Part shown: piece after piece, positions 26,950-42,850 of the stretch | How positions within the stretch are numbered: position 1 is the first letter of the stretch | Layout: every line of letters starts with the position of its first letter | DNA from: the human T2T-CHM13v2.0 reference genome, Homo sapiens | Length of the DNA: 64,000 bases | NCBI RefSeq assembly: GCF_009914755.1 | Contig: NC_060932.1 | Reading direction: 5' to 3' (one strand) | Made by a program: the position numbers and the translations under genes | The notes under the pieces: model-generated | Told to the model about the DNA's origin: nothing | What the model saw: the letters and a program-made list of their open reading frames with translations, nothing else | Database searches by the model: none

Positions 26950-27033
26950 AGATGATGATGATGATGACGATGTTGATGATGACAATCATAATGATGAAGA
27001 TGTTGCTATTGATGATGATGGTGGTAGTGGTGG
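26950..27033. repeat. Degenerate (GAT)n/(GGT)n trinucleotide tract
   Basis: Directly visible; source of the poly-Met and poly-Ile ORFs. Confidence 0.9.
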
Positions 27034-27039
27034 AAAAGA

Positions 27040-27280
27040 TATTGAGTTGTGTGCCAGGCATTGGCTGTCATACTTTTGTTATAAATGAACTTGTTTAATC
27101 CTATGAAAAACTAAACCTTTGATGATCTAGGCAACCTTAAGAAGGAGGTGTAATTATTATCCTCAGTTTCTACATGAGAAAGTTGAGGGAAAGAAGGTTA
27201 AAGTAACTTACCCAGGTCATAGAGGTAGTAAATGGCAGAGCCGGGATTGGAACCCAGATAGATTTACTTCAAAACTTGGA
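27040..27280. mobile_element. MIR SINE
   Basis: attattatcctcagtttctacatgagaaagttgagg...aaagtaacttacccaggtca...ggcagagccgggatt. Confidence 0.75.
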
Positions 27281-27874
27281 TACACAAGAAAAATCATGTG
27301 TATCTTAGTATAAAAAATTAACATTAACAGCAAACCATTATTCAAACAATTTATGTTTAAGATAGGAATCAAATGAGAACTTTTAAAACACTATTTGGGC
27401 TAACTCAAACATTCATTGGGAGTCTTCCTTATTAAATACTATTTTAGGTTGTAGAATAATTAAGTTTGAAAAGTATGTGTTTGTTGACCTTGTGGGAAAG
27501 TGATCAACAGATCTTAAAATTTAACATAAAACTAGCTAATCAAGTTCATATCAATGTATCATAGAGTACATGAAAGGAAGCAGTAACCAATTCTGAATCT
27601 ATTGTAATTTGACAAATAATTGCCACAGCTCATCAGCTAAGAAGTAAAATCCTCCTCCGACCTTGGTTTATATGACACAAGTAATCTGACAGATTTTTAC
27701 ACAGCTTTGATTTTCAAGTGTAGGGTCATCTTCTGTAGTGGCGTAAACATTTTTGCAAACTGTACTCTCAAATCTTTGTGATCTAAATTTGAAGGTTTAA
27801 TATGCAGTGAACTTTAATATTATTCCCTACTCTGATGACTCTTCTATCTGTAAAATCCTAGGATCCTATAGCAG

Positions 27875-28186
27875 TTTTTTTTTTCTTTTTTTCTTTTTTT
27901 TTTGGCAGAGTCTTGCTCTGTTGCTCAGGCTGGAGTGCAGTGGCACCACTATAGCTCACTGTAGCCTCAAACTTGTGGTCTGAAGTATCCTTTCACCTCA
28001 GTATCCAGAGTAGCTGGAATAACAGGCGTGCACCACCACACCTTGCTATTTTTTTTTTTTCAAATTTTAGTACAGATAATGGTCTTGCTTTGTTGACCAG
28101 GCTTATTTTGAACTCCTGGCTTTGAGAAATCCTCCAACCTCTGACTCCCAGTGTTGGGATTACAGGTATGAGCTATTGTGCCAGCT
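27875..28186 (-). mobile_element. AluJ
   Basis: Poly-T, ctatagctcactgtagcctcaa, both arms. Confidence 0.9.
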
Positions 28187-29599
28187 GGATTCTATAGTAC
28201 TTTCTTCCTGGTTTCTTACCAGAGTGAATGTATTAGGTTTCTCTCTTCATTGTCAGGCTCAATAAACATAGTGAGTGGTTCAGCGTTGGGCTCCAGAGCC
28301 TGGGCTTGTACCCTGGCTTCACCACTAGTGAAGTGACTTTGCACAAGTAACTTGACCTCTCTGGCATAAGTAGACTTGCCTATTAAAGTAGAATTATTAC
28401 AACAACTAAAGGAGTTAATAATGCTTATTTAGCACAATGCTTGAGCACTAAATGTCCTTAAAATGTTAAAAATGATCATTGATTTTATTATTACTATTGT
28501 TATTTAGAAAATAATTAAATATGTTTAGAACCTTATTTTAACATTTAATATTAAAACATCCTGGTATGGTCAAGATGCAATGAGACAGTTTTCTAGTCCA
28601 AGATGCCCACTGTGCGGCAGGATCTTGAGCAAGTTAACATACTCACTTATCACATGGGCAGAAAAGGTTGAAATAGTATCTTCGAAGTGTTTCCAGTTTC
28701 AATGTGTTCCATAACTGGGGTTTCCTTAGGCATTTCCCTGCTTTTCTAATTGCTATTTTCGTAATAATCAGTCTATCTGATTCATCTTTGTAACCTTTAA
28801 TATCGAGTGTCTGAAAGATAATAATTTGATAAAGATTATACTTATTTTAAATTTGGGATTTTTTTTCACTTGAGTTGGGTGTACAGATGTTTGATTAATA
28901 TGGTTGGGATAAAGCAGCGCCCCTTCTCTTCTCTGTTCTGGAGGCCACACATTTGAATGGCTAGAACAACAGAACGTTTCTAAGGACTTTTTATTTAATA
29001 GGAATTTTTTTTCTGCATGGTATTCTATTCATCAGCCTCCAAAAGAAATGAAAGAAATCTGTCAAAATGCTATTCCAGGAAAACAAAGCTCAGTGGCAGA
29101 ATATTTTCATGCTCCTCTGCTTGTTGAGATGGTCACTAATCTTTTCAACAACTTCCATTAAATTGCACAGGGAAAGAATCTAATTTAATGTGCATACTCA
29201 AATTGAGGATGCTTTCCCATGGTAGTCATTTCAGACCTTTAACATTGCAAGTGTTAAGTTTATGTGGGTAAAACTGATAACTGACATGGTTCCGAGGAAG
29301 CACTATGTAAGCCAAGCCTTAAAAGTTTTGTTCTAAATAGGCTATTTGTGAAAGCAACTTTCTATGTGACATGACTTCACAAAACAACCCCTTAAATGGC
29401 TCTGATTCTCTTAGGTACTAAATTTATATCCCATAAATTGATGTAGATGATAAACAATCTTCATTTTTTAGGCTAATGACAACCAATCAAAGGATCAGTG
29501 ATAATCATCTTACACTTGTTAATGAATTTACCAACTGACTTTTATTCAGAAACATTTCTGGTATTTCTGCAGAAATGGTATTTCTGTGGAAAGTTATCT

Positions 29600-30090
29600 T
29601 TACAAAATGCAAATGTGGTCATGTTATTTTTGCTTAAAGTCCTTAAAAGGCTTTGCGTGGGTCTTAGAATTCAGACATTTCTGCTGTCTACCAGGCGCTG
29701 AGTGCGTCCTGGCACAGCCTCCTCTTGGCCTGTTCTCCACCTCATTCTCAGACCTAGTCCTTCTCCAGCCCTTGTGGGTTCCAGTGTCTGTTCCCTTTGT
29801 CTTTGAGGCTGCCTTTCCCTTCCTCTCTATGTGAATTCCTCCCATCCTTCGTATCTCACTGCCACTTCTGGGTCTGTCATGTTCCTCTTTGTCAGCGTCC
29901 TTAGTGCTATTTGACATTAAATGTTCATTATTGTGATTATATGATTGATGTTACCCTTCTATCCTTGACTTAAAGCTACTGGAGAACACAAAACCTTGTC
30001 TGGTTTGGTTCAGTGTATCCTCAGTGGCTAGCCCAGGACCTGGCATGTGATAGGTGTTAGGTAACTACTACAGAAAAGAATGAATGAGAA
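29600..30090. mobile_element. L2 3' fragment
   Basis: gtgtatcctcagtggctagcccaggacctggcatgtgataggtg...gaatgaatga terminus. Confidence 0.6.
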
Positions 30091-30247
30091 ATGAGAGCTT
30101 CCAATAACTATAAAAGAAAACTACCAGTTTTGCTGACATTAGAAGAGACTGGTCAGGCTGGACAGTTCTTTTTAATTACTGCTTAATGTTGCACATTTAC
30201 AGAAAATCCCATTTAAAACCAGGCTTAGGATCATGCACTTCAGAGAA

Positions 30248-30556
30248 GCACTATTGAACAGAAACATAATATGAGCTACACAGATAATTTAAATTTTCCA
30301 GTAGCCACATTTTTAGAAGTAGAAGAAATTGATAATTTTAATTTTATATTTTAATTTCCCTAATGGAGTCAAAATATTATCATTTTAATGTTAATATTTC
30401 AAAGTTAATAATTTAAAAGTTATTAATGATATTTTAACATTATTTTCTTCTTGGTACAAGGCTTCAAAATCTGGTATTTTAGATTTCAGCATACCTTAAT
30501 ATGAACTAGCCAAATTTCAAGTCCTCAAGAGCCATATGAGGCTGTTTTGACAGTGA
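30248..30556. mobile_element. MER33/MER3-like hAT-Charlie element
   Basis: aatttaaattttccagtagccacattt...ctagccaaatttcaagt...agccatatgaggct...ttgacagtg. Confidence 0.7.
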
Positions 30557-33289
30557 ATTTGGGACAATTTTATATAGAAGTGAGTTGATGGTAAAGACTT
30601 TCAGTGCTTTAGAAAATGAAACCAAATGTTTGGATTGGAACAACAAGAGTTACTGATCATTTAACACCAAGTGCCATGGTCATCAGACTCATTTCTATCT
30701 TCCATATGAAGAAACCCTTTTTACAGTGACCCCCTTTAGATGTGACACCCAAAGCATGCATATCTAAGAAAGGTCTTTAGGGGAATAAGAAATTTGTGGC
30801 ACAGCTTAGACAAATAGCACAAAAAAATTACATTTCTTCCTTTTCTCCTTCCCTGTAAAGAACGGTAAGTATGGGAGGGAGCTCAGTGTCCCCTGGCTTT
30901 CTTCCTTGCATGCTTCTCTTCACTTCCAACAGAGGAGATCCGCTGGTGCTCTGCAGGGAGCTCGGGAGGTATACCCAGGAGGGATGAGAGACTGTGTCTG
31001 CTGCACAGGCAGCTCAGCCACAACTGAAAACAACAGCTGGCATGTTTTTCTGCAACACTGAGATTGTCTCCGCATTCTAATTTGCCAAACTGTATTCCTT
31101 TATTCTTTTGAAATTTGGCTAATTGCTTTCATCTCCTTTAAAACCTTCTTAATCTAGCTTTAGTTATCTAATGTCATCTCTCTCTTTTTTTCTTTCTGCC
31201 CTTTCCCATCTCTTTTGCCATTTCACTACTTTCCACAAGACTGCACATGCAGTGAGTTCGAGAACTACTTATGCCTTCTTTGACAACTGCTTAGGAAGTA
31301 AATGGCTGGTTTCTCCCTCTACTCCCAACGAAATATCTAGGTATGGATAATAAAAATGCATGTATGGTCATCTTTGTAACTAACATAGAGCATATAAAAT
31401 AATTGTTTGAGAACATAACAAGAATAAAATATAGATTATTTCATTATCTTTTATGCAGAATTAACTCTTAAATATCAGTAGTTATGATTTTGAAGCAAAA
31501 ATATATTTGGTCATTTAGTTAGTATGATGTGGAAAGAAGGAGTTAAAGAGTAAAATCCTAGCCAGTGTTTGCCCAGTGGGTAATTGTGTGAACACTTTAA
31601 TAAGTGCAATAGAAGCCAACCTGAAACTTATTAAGAAGGAGCTAGTTTTGTTTTTTTTTTCTGAGATTAAAAAAGGAACAAGCTCATCTCTTTTGTTCTG
31701 GTTTTAACTTGTTTTTCAAATTTTTCTCAAGGTAGGTCAGAGAAAGGCAAGAAAATATTACCTCATATGCAAAGTAAAATATACGAAGAAAGTAGATGAT
31801 ATTTGAAATATAGCTTAAGTGGGTTATTATAGAATCCTGAAATTAGAGAATTCTATTTTATACACTGCAAATATTTGATCTTAATTTGAGCTCTTTTTGA
31901 ATTTACTGAGTTGGCCAGTTAGGGAATGATGGCTTTCACTGCATAATCTCAAAGATTTTTTACGAATCCAAATTTCAGTGTCCTGGCTTCTTCTTTATGA
32001 AGAGAATGAATACCAGTATTTTGAGAGCTTTGAGGGCAGACACTATAATATTAATTTCCATGACTGGGGAGTATATACACTGGACAGAGCTTAAGAGTTT
32101 CTTGTCTGATTAGATGAACTTATCTTTTGACCAAGGGCATCAACAATGATAAGGCAAGTGCGTCAAGGGAGCTAACATAACCCATTTGCTTATGGTCTAT
32201 TTCATTACATGACTTACCATTTAAGGTAAACAAATAGTCTTTTTCACCCACAGTTTGTCACCCTTTACCAAATAAGATCCATTTAACTCTTGACTTATTT
32301 TTACTACAAGACTGAAATTGTAATTCAATTGTTGTTAATGAACATACAAAGCACCATGTAAATAAAAGATAAATTAAATATTATTTAGAGAAAAGCCCAA
32401 ATGTAGTTGTGATTTACTGTTTTTAAATAGAATTATTTAGTTAGGTTGTAATTTCTATAACAGCTTTAGTGTACTATAATAAATTTGGGAACCTTAAAAT
32501 ATATTTGGCGTTTTTGGATCCCAATTCAGTACATATTTTATATTACCTTCGTGCTTTCTAATTCCCTAGCTCTATGACCTTGGCATAGTCACTTTGCCTC
32601 TCTGTGTCTCAGATCCTTCCAAGTAATTGCAACTGCATGTGTACAAAGTTCATTCCAGCTCCTAAGATTTAGGGTTTTGGTTTCAGGTACATTGTAAAGA
32701 TATGAGTGAAGAGTCCCACAAAAAGGGTACATGCCATTGTCTTTTGTCTTAAAATAAACCTTAGCTGTTGGTATTTTTTTCTTTTCATGTAAACATGGAA
32801 TTACTGAATCACTGACTGAGCTCTCTGACTGGATCCTGTGAGCTGCACTCTGACACCTACCTCGTTGCAGTATAGTAGAATGTCAGGCATCATATTTTAT
32901 TGTTTAAAAATTCTTATGTAAAATCACCAATTGCTCCTAAATGATCAGGATAGTGACAATTTGGTGTACTATAACTTTTTTTATGGGCAATCATTAGTTC
33001 CCCTACTGATTTAATTCCCAAGTAAGAATTGTTTTTCCCCTTTGTATGCTGACGAGTGTTTGTGATGAGTTACACAAACTATGGAAGGGAGAACAGACTC
33101 CCTCAGCCTCTGCCAACAGGGAAAGGCCTTGAATGACTGCTTGCTTAGCAGAATAATTATAGCTACTGCCACTCCACTCTCCTTCTTCCCATATACACAC
33201 ACCTTTTAATAGTACCAGGTTAGGACAAGTGTTGTGGGTGTGGACATATGCATGTAAGCAATTGTTAGAGATCTCTTCCCAGGTTTCTT

Positions 33290-33955
33290 TTTTTTTTTAA
33301 ATTAAAAGTAAGGTTTATGGAGGTATAATTTAGATATAGTAAAATTTATTCTTTTAAGGTATACGGTTCACTTTTTTTGAAAAAAAAATTGTTGTATAAC
33401 AAGTAAAATCAAGATATAGAATATTTCTATCACCCTAAAAAGTTTTCTCATACTCTTTTGTAGTCAATTCTTTGCCTCCACCTCCAGCCTCTAGCATCCT
33501 ATAATTTATCTTTTTTTCAGAAAGTCATATATATGAAATCTTATAGTATGTAGCCTTTTGTGTTTAGGTTCTTTCATTAGTTTAATGATTTTGAATTTCA
33601 TCCATTTTTTTAAATTGCTGAGTTGTATTTTAATGTATGGATGTACCACACTTTATTCACCAATTAGTTGATATTTTAGTTATTTATGATTTTGGCATTT
33701 ATGAATAAAGGTTCTACAAATATATATTTAGGTTTCACGTGGACATATGTTTCATTTCTCTTAGCCAGTCCTGAGTCATAAGGTAAGTGTATGTGTAACT
33801 TTATAAGACACTGCCAAACTGTTTCAGAGTAGCTGTACCATATTGTATTCCCACCAGCAATGCCTGAGAATTCCAGTTGTGCTGAGTTTTTGCCAGCCTT
33901 TGATATTGATTGTTTGTTTATATATTTATTTTTAATTTAAGCCATTCTACTAGGT
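33290..33955 (-). mobile_element. Old L1M (MB/MC-like) 3' fragment
   Basis: aaatcaagatatagaatatttctatcaccc...ctgccaaactgttt...cccaccagcaatg. Confidence 0.75.
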
Positions 33956-34144
33956 CCAAATTCCCTTTGATATCTCCATAATGATGTTCTAGGCATCTCC
34001 ATGGCCTGTGAAAGCCTTCTTTTCTCTTGTTAGGAAGGCAGTTTGGCCAAATGTTTTATTAGGTCCTGAACATTTGCTTCTGTGAAATCAAGTTCTCCAT
34101 CAAGTGGAACATGACTATAGGAGTCAGGTGAATTGAACTGCCTT

Positions 34145-34335
34145 TTGTCAGCAGGCTGGTTGGTTAGAACATGATACTAATGGCTTTTCAGGTTTAGTAA
34201 AATTAAGTCTGTTCCACAGCCAGAGATCACTCCCATATCCCATATAACTACTCCACAACTTGAGCCTTTACTAACAAAGAAATCCAAAGAACAAGGTAAA
34301 TGCTTCAGTGGAAATTATCAGCACAGAAAAATCCT
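34145..34335 (+). mobile_element. Ancient tRNA-derived SINE (MamSINE1-like)
   Basis: A-box-like ttggttagaacatgatactaatg followed by tctgttccacagccagaga, resembling the MamSINE1 consensus as recalled. Confidence 0.5.
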
Positions 34336-34749
34336 AAGCCACATATTCAGTTATTGCTCAAACAACCTCCTACAAAATAAGGAGGGGAGTCAGGCTAAAC
34401 AACAACAGGCTAAAGAAATTTTAATTGAAATGTCACTTTCACTATTAAACAAAAAAGCCATCACTGTGATTGTGATAAAAGTTGATGGTGTCCTGTTTCT
34501 TTGTGTGAAATTGCTTTTCTCTCATCACTGACTTAATTTGATTGCACCAGTTTGTCAGCTGTCACATTTGGCTTCCCTCAGTTGCAAAATATAGATAATG
34601 ACAGTCTAAGCAATTTAACAGTTATGTGTCAACATTTTACTTCTTCTAATCAAGATAAACTAAGAATTATCCCCCCCACCCCATAACTTTGACATAATAA
34701 AAAAGTTCAAGGCTTTCTTTTTCCTTTTTGTCTGTCTTGTATTTTACAG

Positions 34750-34827
34750 GTGGCTTGTCTAATATCTTGCATTTTCGTCCTTATAGTCATCTATGCAATA
34801 GGACCTTTGCTTTACTGGCTGCCCATG
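34750..34827 (+). CDS. SLC26A7: SLC26A7 coding exon (probable exon 10), 78 nt, phase 0-0, [26 protein letters not shown]
   Basis: ttttacag| acceptor and ATG|gtacgg donor; hydrophobic helix plus GPLLYWLP. Confidence 0.96.
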
Positions 34828-35840
34828 GTACGGTAGTGCTTTTTCACTATCTACTTTTTAATTTAACTTTTCATGAGAATCATTGCATATAAAATTTCTT
34901 GGAAGTATAACCTCAACAATCCTAAATGTAGAAACCATGTTACAGAAGTAAAGTTTGAATGGGGGAGGTGTGGAAAGCTACCACATTTGAGGCAGGCGTG
35001 GGAGGGGGTACCGTGGCTGTTTTTTTTTACGTTTTTGGCTCTCACATAAGAATGGTATTGTGGAACTAGATTCATTCTGTGCTCATCTGGAGAGTGGAAC
35101 TAGGCATATTCTGTTATAAGAAGTATAAATTTTACTAAAACTTTGACTGTTAGAAAAACATATGTGCTGGGGCAAGGAAATAGGAAACAAAATACAGCTT
35201 CCTGCTGTTGATATATCTGTTACACAAAGTGATTCAGAACATTAGTGCCAGTGCTTCACCTTCTTCTTCATAAGCCTGAGGCACTAAAGGAATGCAAAAC
35301 ACTGGGCTTATGAGAGCCAGTCTCCATCCTTTGTTATTCTAATTTTTCATGTGTGTAGTGAGAATAAACCATTTCCATGGTAGGATCTTCCAATAATCAA
35401 GTTCGCTTTTCAAGAGAGTTATAAATATCTTCAGGTGAAATCAGATAATTGACATTTAAGGCAATTATAAGAAAATATATGATATACATATTTAATTTCA
35501 TGCAACAAATACTTTTCAAACAAATGACCGTGAATACGTTTAGTTAAGAGGGCATTTAGCTTCATGATGTTCACCCTTACCATTTACTTATTTTCTTTTT
35601 GCTCTTGTTGTTTAGAATTGTACAAATATTACCTTATGAATTCTAGAATATATATTATATTCCTAAAGTGCAATAATAGGTTAGTTTTAAACAAAATAAA
35701 TATTGCTTTTGTCTTCTAATCGGTGATTGCTTTTCTCTATTAAGTACTTTAAAAACAAAAAAATAAAAATACCTTAGCCCTTTTAAATTTAAGTTAAAAT
35801 TTTTATGTTGCTTCTTCTTCAACTTACATTTTATTTCTAG

Positions 35841-35936
35841 TGTGTCCTTGCAAGCATTATTGTTGTGGGACTGAAGGGAATGCTAATACAGTTCCGAGAT
35901 TTAAAAAAATATTGGAATGTGGATAAAATCGATTGG
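35841..35936 (+). CDS. SLC26A7: SLC26A7 coding exon (probable exon 11), 96 nt, phase 0-0, [32 protein letters not shown]
   Basis: atttctag| acceptor and TGG|gtaagt donor; [14 protein letters not shown] motif. Confidence 0.97.
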
Positions 35937-36719
35937 GTAAGTAGAAATTTGACCTAAAACAATCCCTTTTTAGCTTAAGCTTATGTTACCAAATATGCAC
36001 TAATACTTTTATTTGCAGAAAATAGATATTGTCATTTGAGACTTGTACACTTTACAAACTACCATTTTTTTTCCAAAATCTTAATAAAAGCATTAAAATA
36101 TAAATTGTCTTCATATGAAACAGAAATAAGAGTTTGGTCAAATTTTGATGAATGTATAGTTTGAGAACTTTTAAAGAAATGCTAATAATTTCAGTGGATT
36201 TGGGATGCCCAATTTACAATATGAATTAATTTTGGAAGTAAGACTTACCAGGGAAATAGACACTAATAGAAATATGGCAATTTATAACCTTTATGAAAAA
36301 CTATCATGAATCACTAAGAATGCACGCTGCGCGCATATAGGGTGAACCTCTTAATGGTGACCACTGTCATTCTAAATACAAAAGGTCTCATGAATTGCCT
36401 TTTAAATGGGTTACATTAAGAGGACCATGCTTGAAACAGATTAAAATATATTGAACCATGATAAAGTGTGATTTCTACGAACATAAATAGCACACTGATT
36501 CTAGAGAAACCTATCTATGCAAGAGCAATCCAGAATTCTCTCCCTCTCCAATATGGGAGAAGTACTTCATGAGTACCCTCTGTTTAGCTCTATTATGACA
36601 GTCACCATATTGGAATATAATTATTAATATGAAATACATATTTTCTCTTCTTCAGATCATTTTCTCTGAGAGGTTTTGGGATATTATTTATGCTGGTGCC
36701 TACTTTTGTAATATTCCTC

Positions 36720-37800
36720 CTGGGGCTCAATATTACTGAGCTCCCACCAAAGTATAATGCTGGGCACCATGAGGAATGTGCAGATGAAAAAAGAACTATC
36801 CAGTCTCTCTAGACAGTTATTTGTGGAGGCAGTGGACATAGAAACACTAAATTATCATGCAAGACAGGATACAACATGACCTGGAAGGAAAAGTAAGAGC
36901 TTAGTTTTGGGGAAAATAGAGGCAGAAGCATTTAATTTGGACTGATTAACATGAAAGACTCTCACAGAAGAGCTGAAATATGAACTGAGACTTGAAGGAA
37001 CAGTATTTTGTAGGCAGAACAAAAGGCCAAAATTAACCATGACCTTTTAAAGGTGATACATGTTAGGTGGCTCATGAAAACAAAGAAATGAGAAGATGCA
37101 AACTTACTCAACAAGCTACTTGATAACCCTATGGTTAAGTTATTTCTAAGGAACTCATTGATCATATAGGAGGCAGCATGTTACCATATTGGAAAGGGTA
37201 GAGAAGATGTCAAGTAAGATTTCTATTAGGAAGTTGAGAATTGAAGAATTGCATTACCTGGAGAAGAAACAAAGAGAATCTCATATGCAAAGATACAGAG
37301 ATGAGTGTGAACATGTCTGTCTCTGAAAAAATCAAGGTATTTGGCATGGGTAGAACATATAATGTGAGGATGGGAGTAGTGACAGATGATGTGGAAAAGT
37401 TAAGAATGGGTTGGATTGGGCAAGGCAACTCAAGTTTTACAAAGATGACTTGATTTCATTATGAAGGCAGTGAAACATCACTGAAAGGTGAAATAAGAAT
37501 AAAATGTATGTATTAGAAAGGTCACTTGAGTAGTTTGAGGAAGATGGATCAAACTGGTGAAGTATACAGGAACTGGAGCACTGCTTTAGCCCTTCAGGCA
37601 TATAAATGAGGAAGACCTAGACCAAGGCTGAGACCATGAAGTACAAGAAAGAATCAGATGAAAAATATTAAAGATATTGTATTTGTTAGTCCTCACCACC
37701 AGTTCATTATATAATGTGGATCAGTTGGAATGACTTCTGAGTTTCTATTTAGGAGCATCATTGGAGGAAGATTATATCATTCATTGAGTTATAAGATATA
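36720..37800. mobile_element. L2 fragments
   Basis: Purine-rich diverged L2-like blocks (gaactgagacttgaagga; ttagaaaggtcact; tgacttctgagtttct). Confidence 0.5.
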
Positions 37801-38654
37801 GAAAATTCTATTATTTAGATGCATTTAGTGGTTACCTTTAATCTTTTTTTTTAAAAAAAGGATTCTCATACTCGTTATTTATTTCATCTCTGTTTTCTGT
37901 ACATCACCAAGTAGTTTTCCCAGAACTCATGTGTTTTGTATTCCTTGAGCTATTTCATGGTGACAATATCTGCTTGTTTTCATACTAGAAGGAAGTTTTT
38001 GACTGAGTGTAAAATGCTTTCTCTCAGGTCTTTTTAAATCTAACATTATCTTTAGGCATTGAGGGGTAAAGTAGAGAAATCACAGGTCAACGTAATTTTT
38101 TTGTTGTTATTTTAAGTAAGCTTGTTTTTCTAAATGGATGCTCAATGAAGTTTTTTCTTCTTACTACTGAAGTTTGGTACTATTATCAGAATATCACTGT
38201 GGTTGAGCACTCAGTCTCAAATTTCTGAGCATGACATAATCTTTTGATCGCATAATCAGGAATTATTTACAAATTTTTTCTTCTAATATATCTTTGAATA
38301 TTTTTTCAAATCTGTGTTCTGCTCTCTTCTCAGTGAATTTTGTTTGTTTTTACTTTGTTCTTCTTCATATCTATATATTTTCCCATGATTATTTTGTTTT
38401 TCTGTATAAGTGATTTCTTTGGACTAGACACATATCTCTGATTATGTATTTCTAGTTGTGATTTTCTTACTTTTTAATTTTAAACATGGCTTTTATTTTC
38501 ATTCATTTTCTTTCCTGAATTATTCTAGGCTGCTTGCTTTTTATCTCCTTCTGTTTTTCTGGTTTTTGTTGATCATTCCTTCTTTGAATTTTTATATTTA
38601 AGGTTTTTTTTCCTGAGATTATATTGCCTATTACATATCCAAATCTATCTTTTG

Positions 38655-39725
<1,071 letters not shown>

Positions 39726-40458
39726 TTATTCATTATTTTATTTCTTTATTTTCCTCATTTCCATGAATAGGGCCCTTGATGATTTATTTAGAATTGTAAT
39801 GCATTTTTAGGGGACCTATTTGCTGGAAAACAACATAGGAGAGCAGGAGGTCGTAAATGAGGTAGAGCAGCCCGCAGTTCTTATTTAGATCATGGAAGCA
39901 AAGCCTCAGAAATCAGGTTCACTGGAGATCTCATGCTGTTGTCATCTCTCCATTCTTCATCTTGTTTTACTTCCTGCAGTTACCTTTACTTAGGAGGTCA
40001 GATTGTAAGTGATACAAATGGCCTTTCACTCTACAGTCATCTGGTATCAAATAAATCTCTATGAGTACATTTCCTTTTTCTCTGGTAGCCCATGTTTGAC
40101 CTTAGAACTTAGAAGCTGTTGCCCCTAAAAGCTCTTACCAGATTATTGCATAGAATTTTCAGGATTCTGGCATTTCTGCAAAAATCTATACTTGATTGAG
40201 CTCTGAGGATAAGTTTGTTGGCTTCTAGTGTCCTCCTTGATTATCATCCAAATTTCACAGTATTTGGCAAGTCTATATCATATTTTGTAGTGAGAAGTTT
40301 TGACCATGTTCTGGCTTCATTGATGCTGATTTTTTCCCTTCTATGTTCACATTTTATATTGTTTTGGGTGGATTTTAATAGAGGAGGGTTGAGTAAAAAT
40401 GCCTTTAATATACTCTCTAAATCTGATATCCAAATCTATACTTAGAACATTAATTCTA

Positions 40459-42033
<1,575 letters not shown>

Positions 42034-42634
42034 AGAACATTAATTCTAGCAGCAGTATGGCAAATGGTTTACAATGCAGATAACAAAAGCAGACAGTTAA
42101 GTAGGACACTGTCAAAAGAGTTGAGGAAAGGAACAGTGTGAACTGAGATATCATTAATAATTTGAGAAAAGGATACGGCTTAAGATTTTTTTCTTAACAA
42201 TTTATAGAACTTGTGAAATGATTGGATAAGTAGATTAAAGAGGAGAGAAAGTAAAATATAATTCCATAGTTTCCGATTATAGTGTATTGAAGGATATTAG
42301 TGTTACAACTGAAGGAGAACATTGGAGGAAGGACAGATTCTGGGGTGAAGTTAATGAGTTTGCATTTGGACATGTTAAGTTTCAAGGTGTTTGATAGCTG
42401 AAAAATTGCTTAAGAGCTTAGAATTTGTAGTCTCCTACTTAGACGTGATAGTTGAATACTTGGAGTAAGTAAGCAATGTGGTGTGTGCAAAGATATGGTG
42501 TGAGAAAGGTGACATGGATATAGCAGGCGCATGATGATTCAGTGGGACATTGGGTTTAGCTTGAAAATAGCCTTCTGTGGTTGGAGTGGATAGATATCTC
42601 TTAGCTGCTAAGGGATTCAGCAGAGAAAAGCCAT

Positions 42635-42699
42635 GGATTATTGGGTTATTGGGCACAGCATTCAAAGGATTATTGGACTATTGGGCACAGCATTCAAAG
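42635..42699. repeat. 32-bp tandem duplication
   Basis: ggattattgggttattgggcacagcattcaaa / ggattattggactattgggcacagcattcaaa, 2 mismatches. Confidence 0.92.
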
Positions 42700-42817
42700 T
42701 ATGAATATTGCACAGACTTTTGTGGATATAGGCTATATACCCAATACGTATAATGTCTAGATTACTAAATAGATGGACTGTGCCTAGAGTATCATGGAAG
42801 TAAAATTATCCAAGATA

Positions 42818-42850
42818 TGTGTGTGTGTGTGTGTGTGCGCATGTGTGTGT
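42818..42850. repeat. (TG)n microsatellite
   Basis: Directly visible. Confidence 0.9.

Noticed and set aside
26879-27098. Poly-Met and poly-Ile ORFs
   Set aside because: Translations of the (GAT)n repeat.
34150-34185. tRNA-like A-box sequence
   Set aside because: No cloverleaf or B-box/T-arm; better explained as the decayed head of an ancient SINE.
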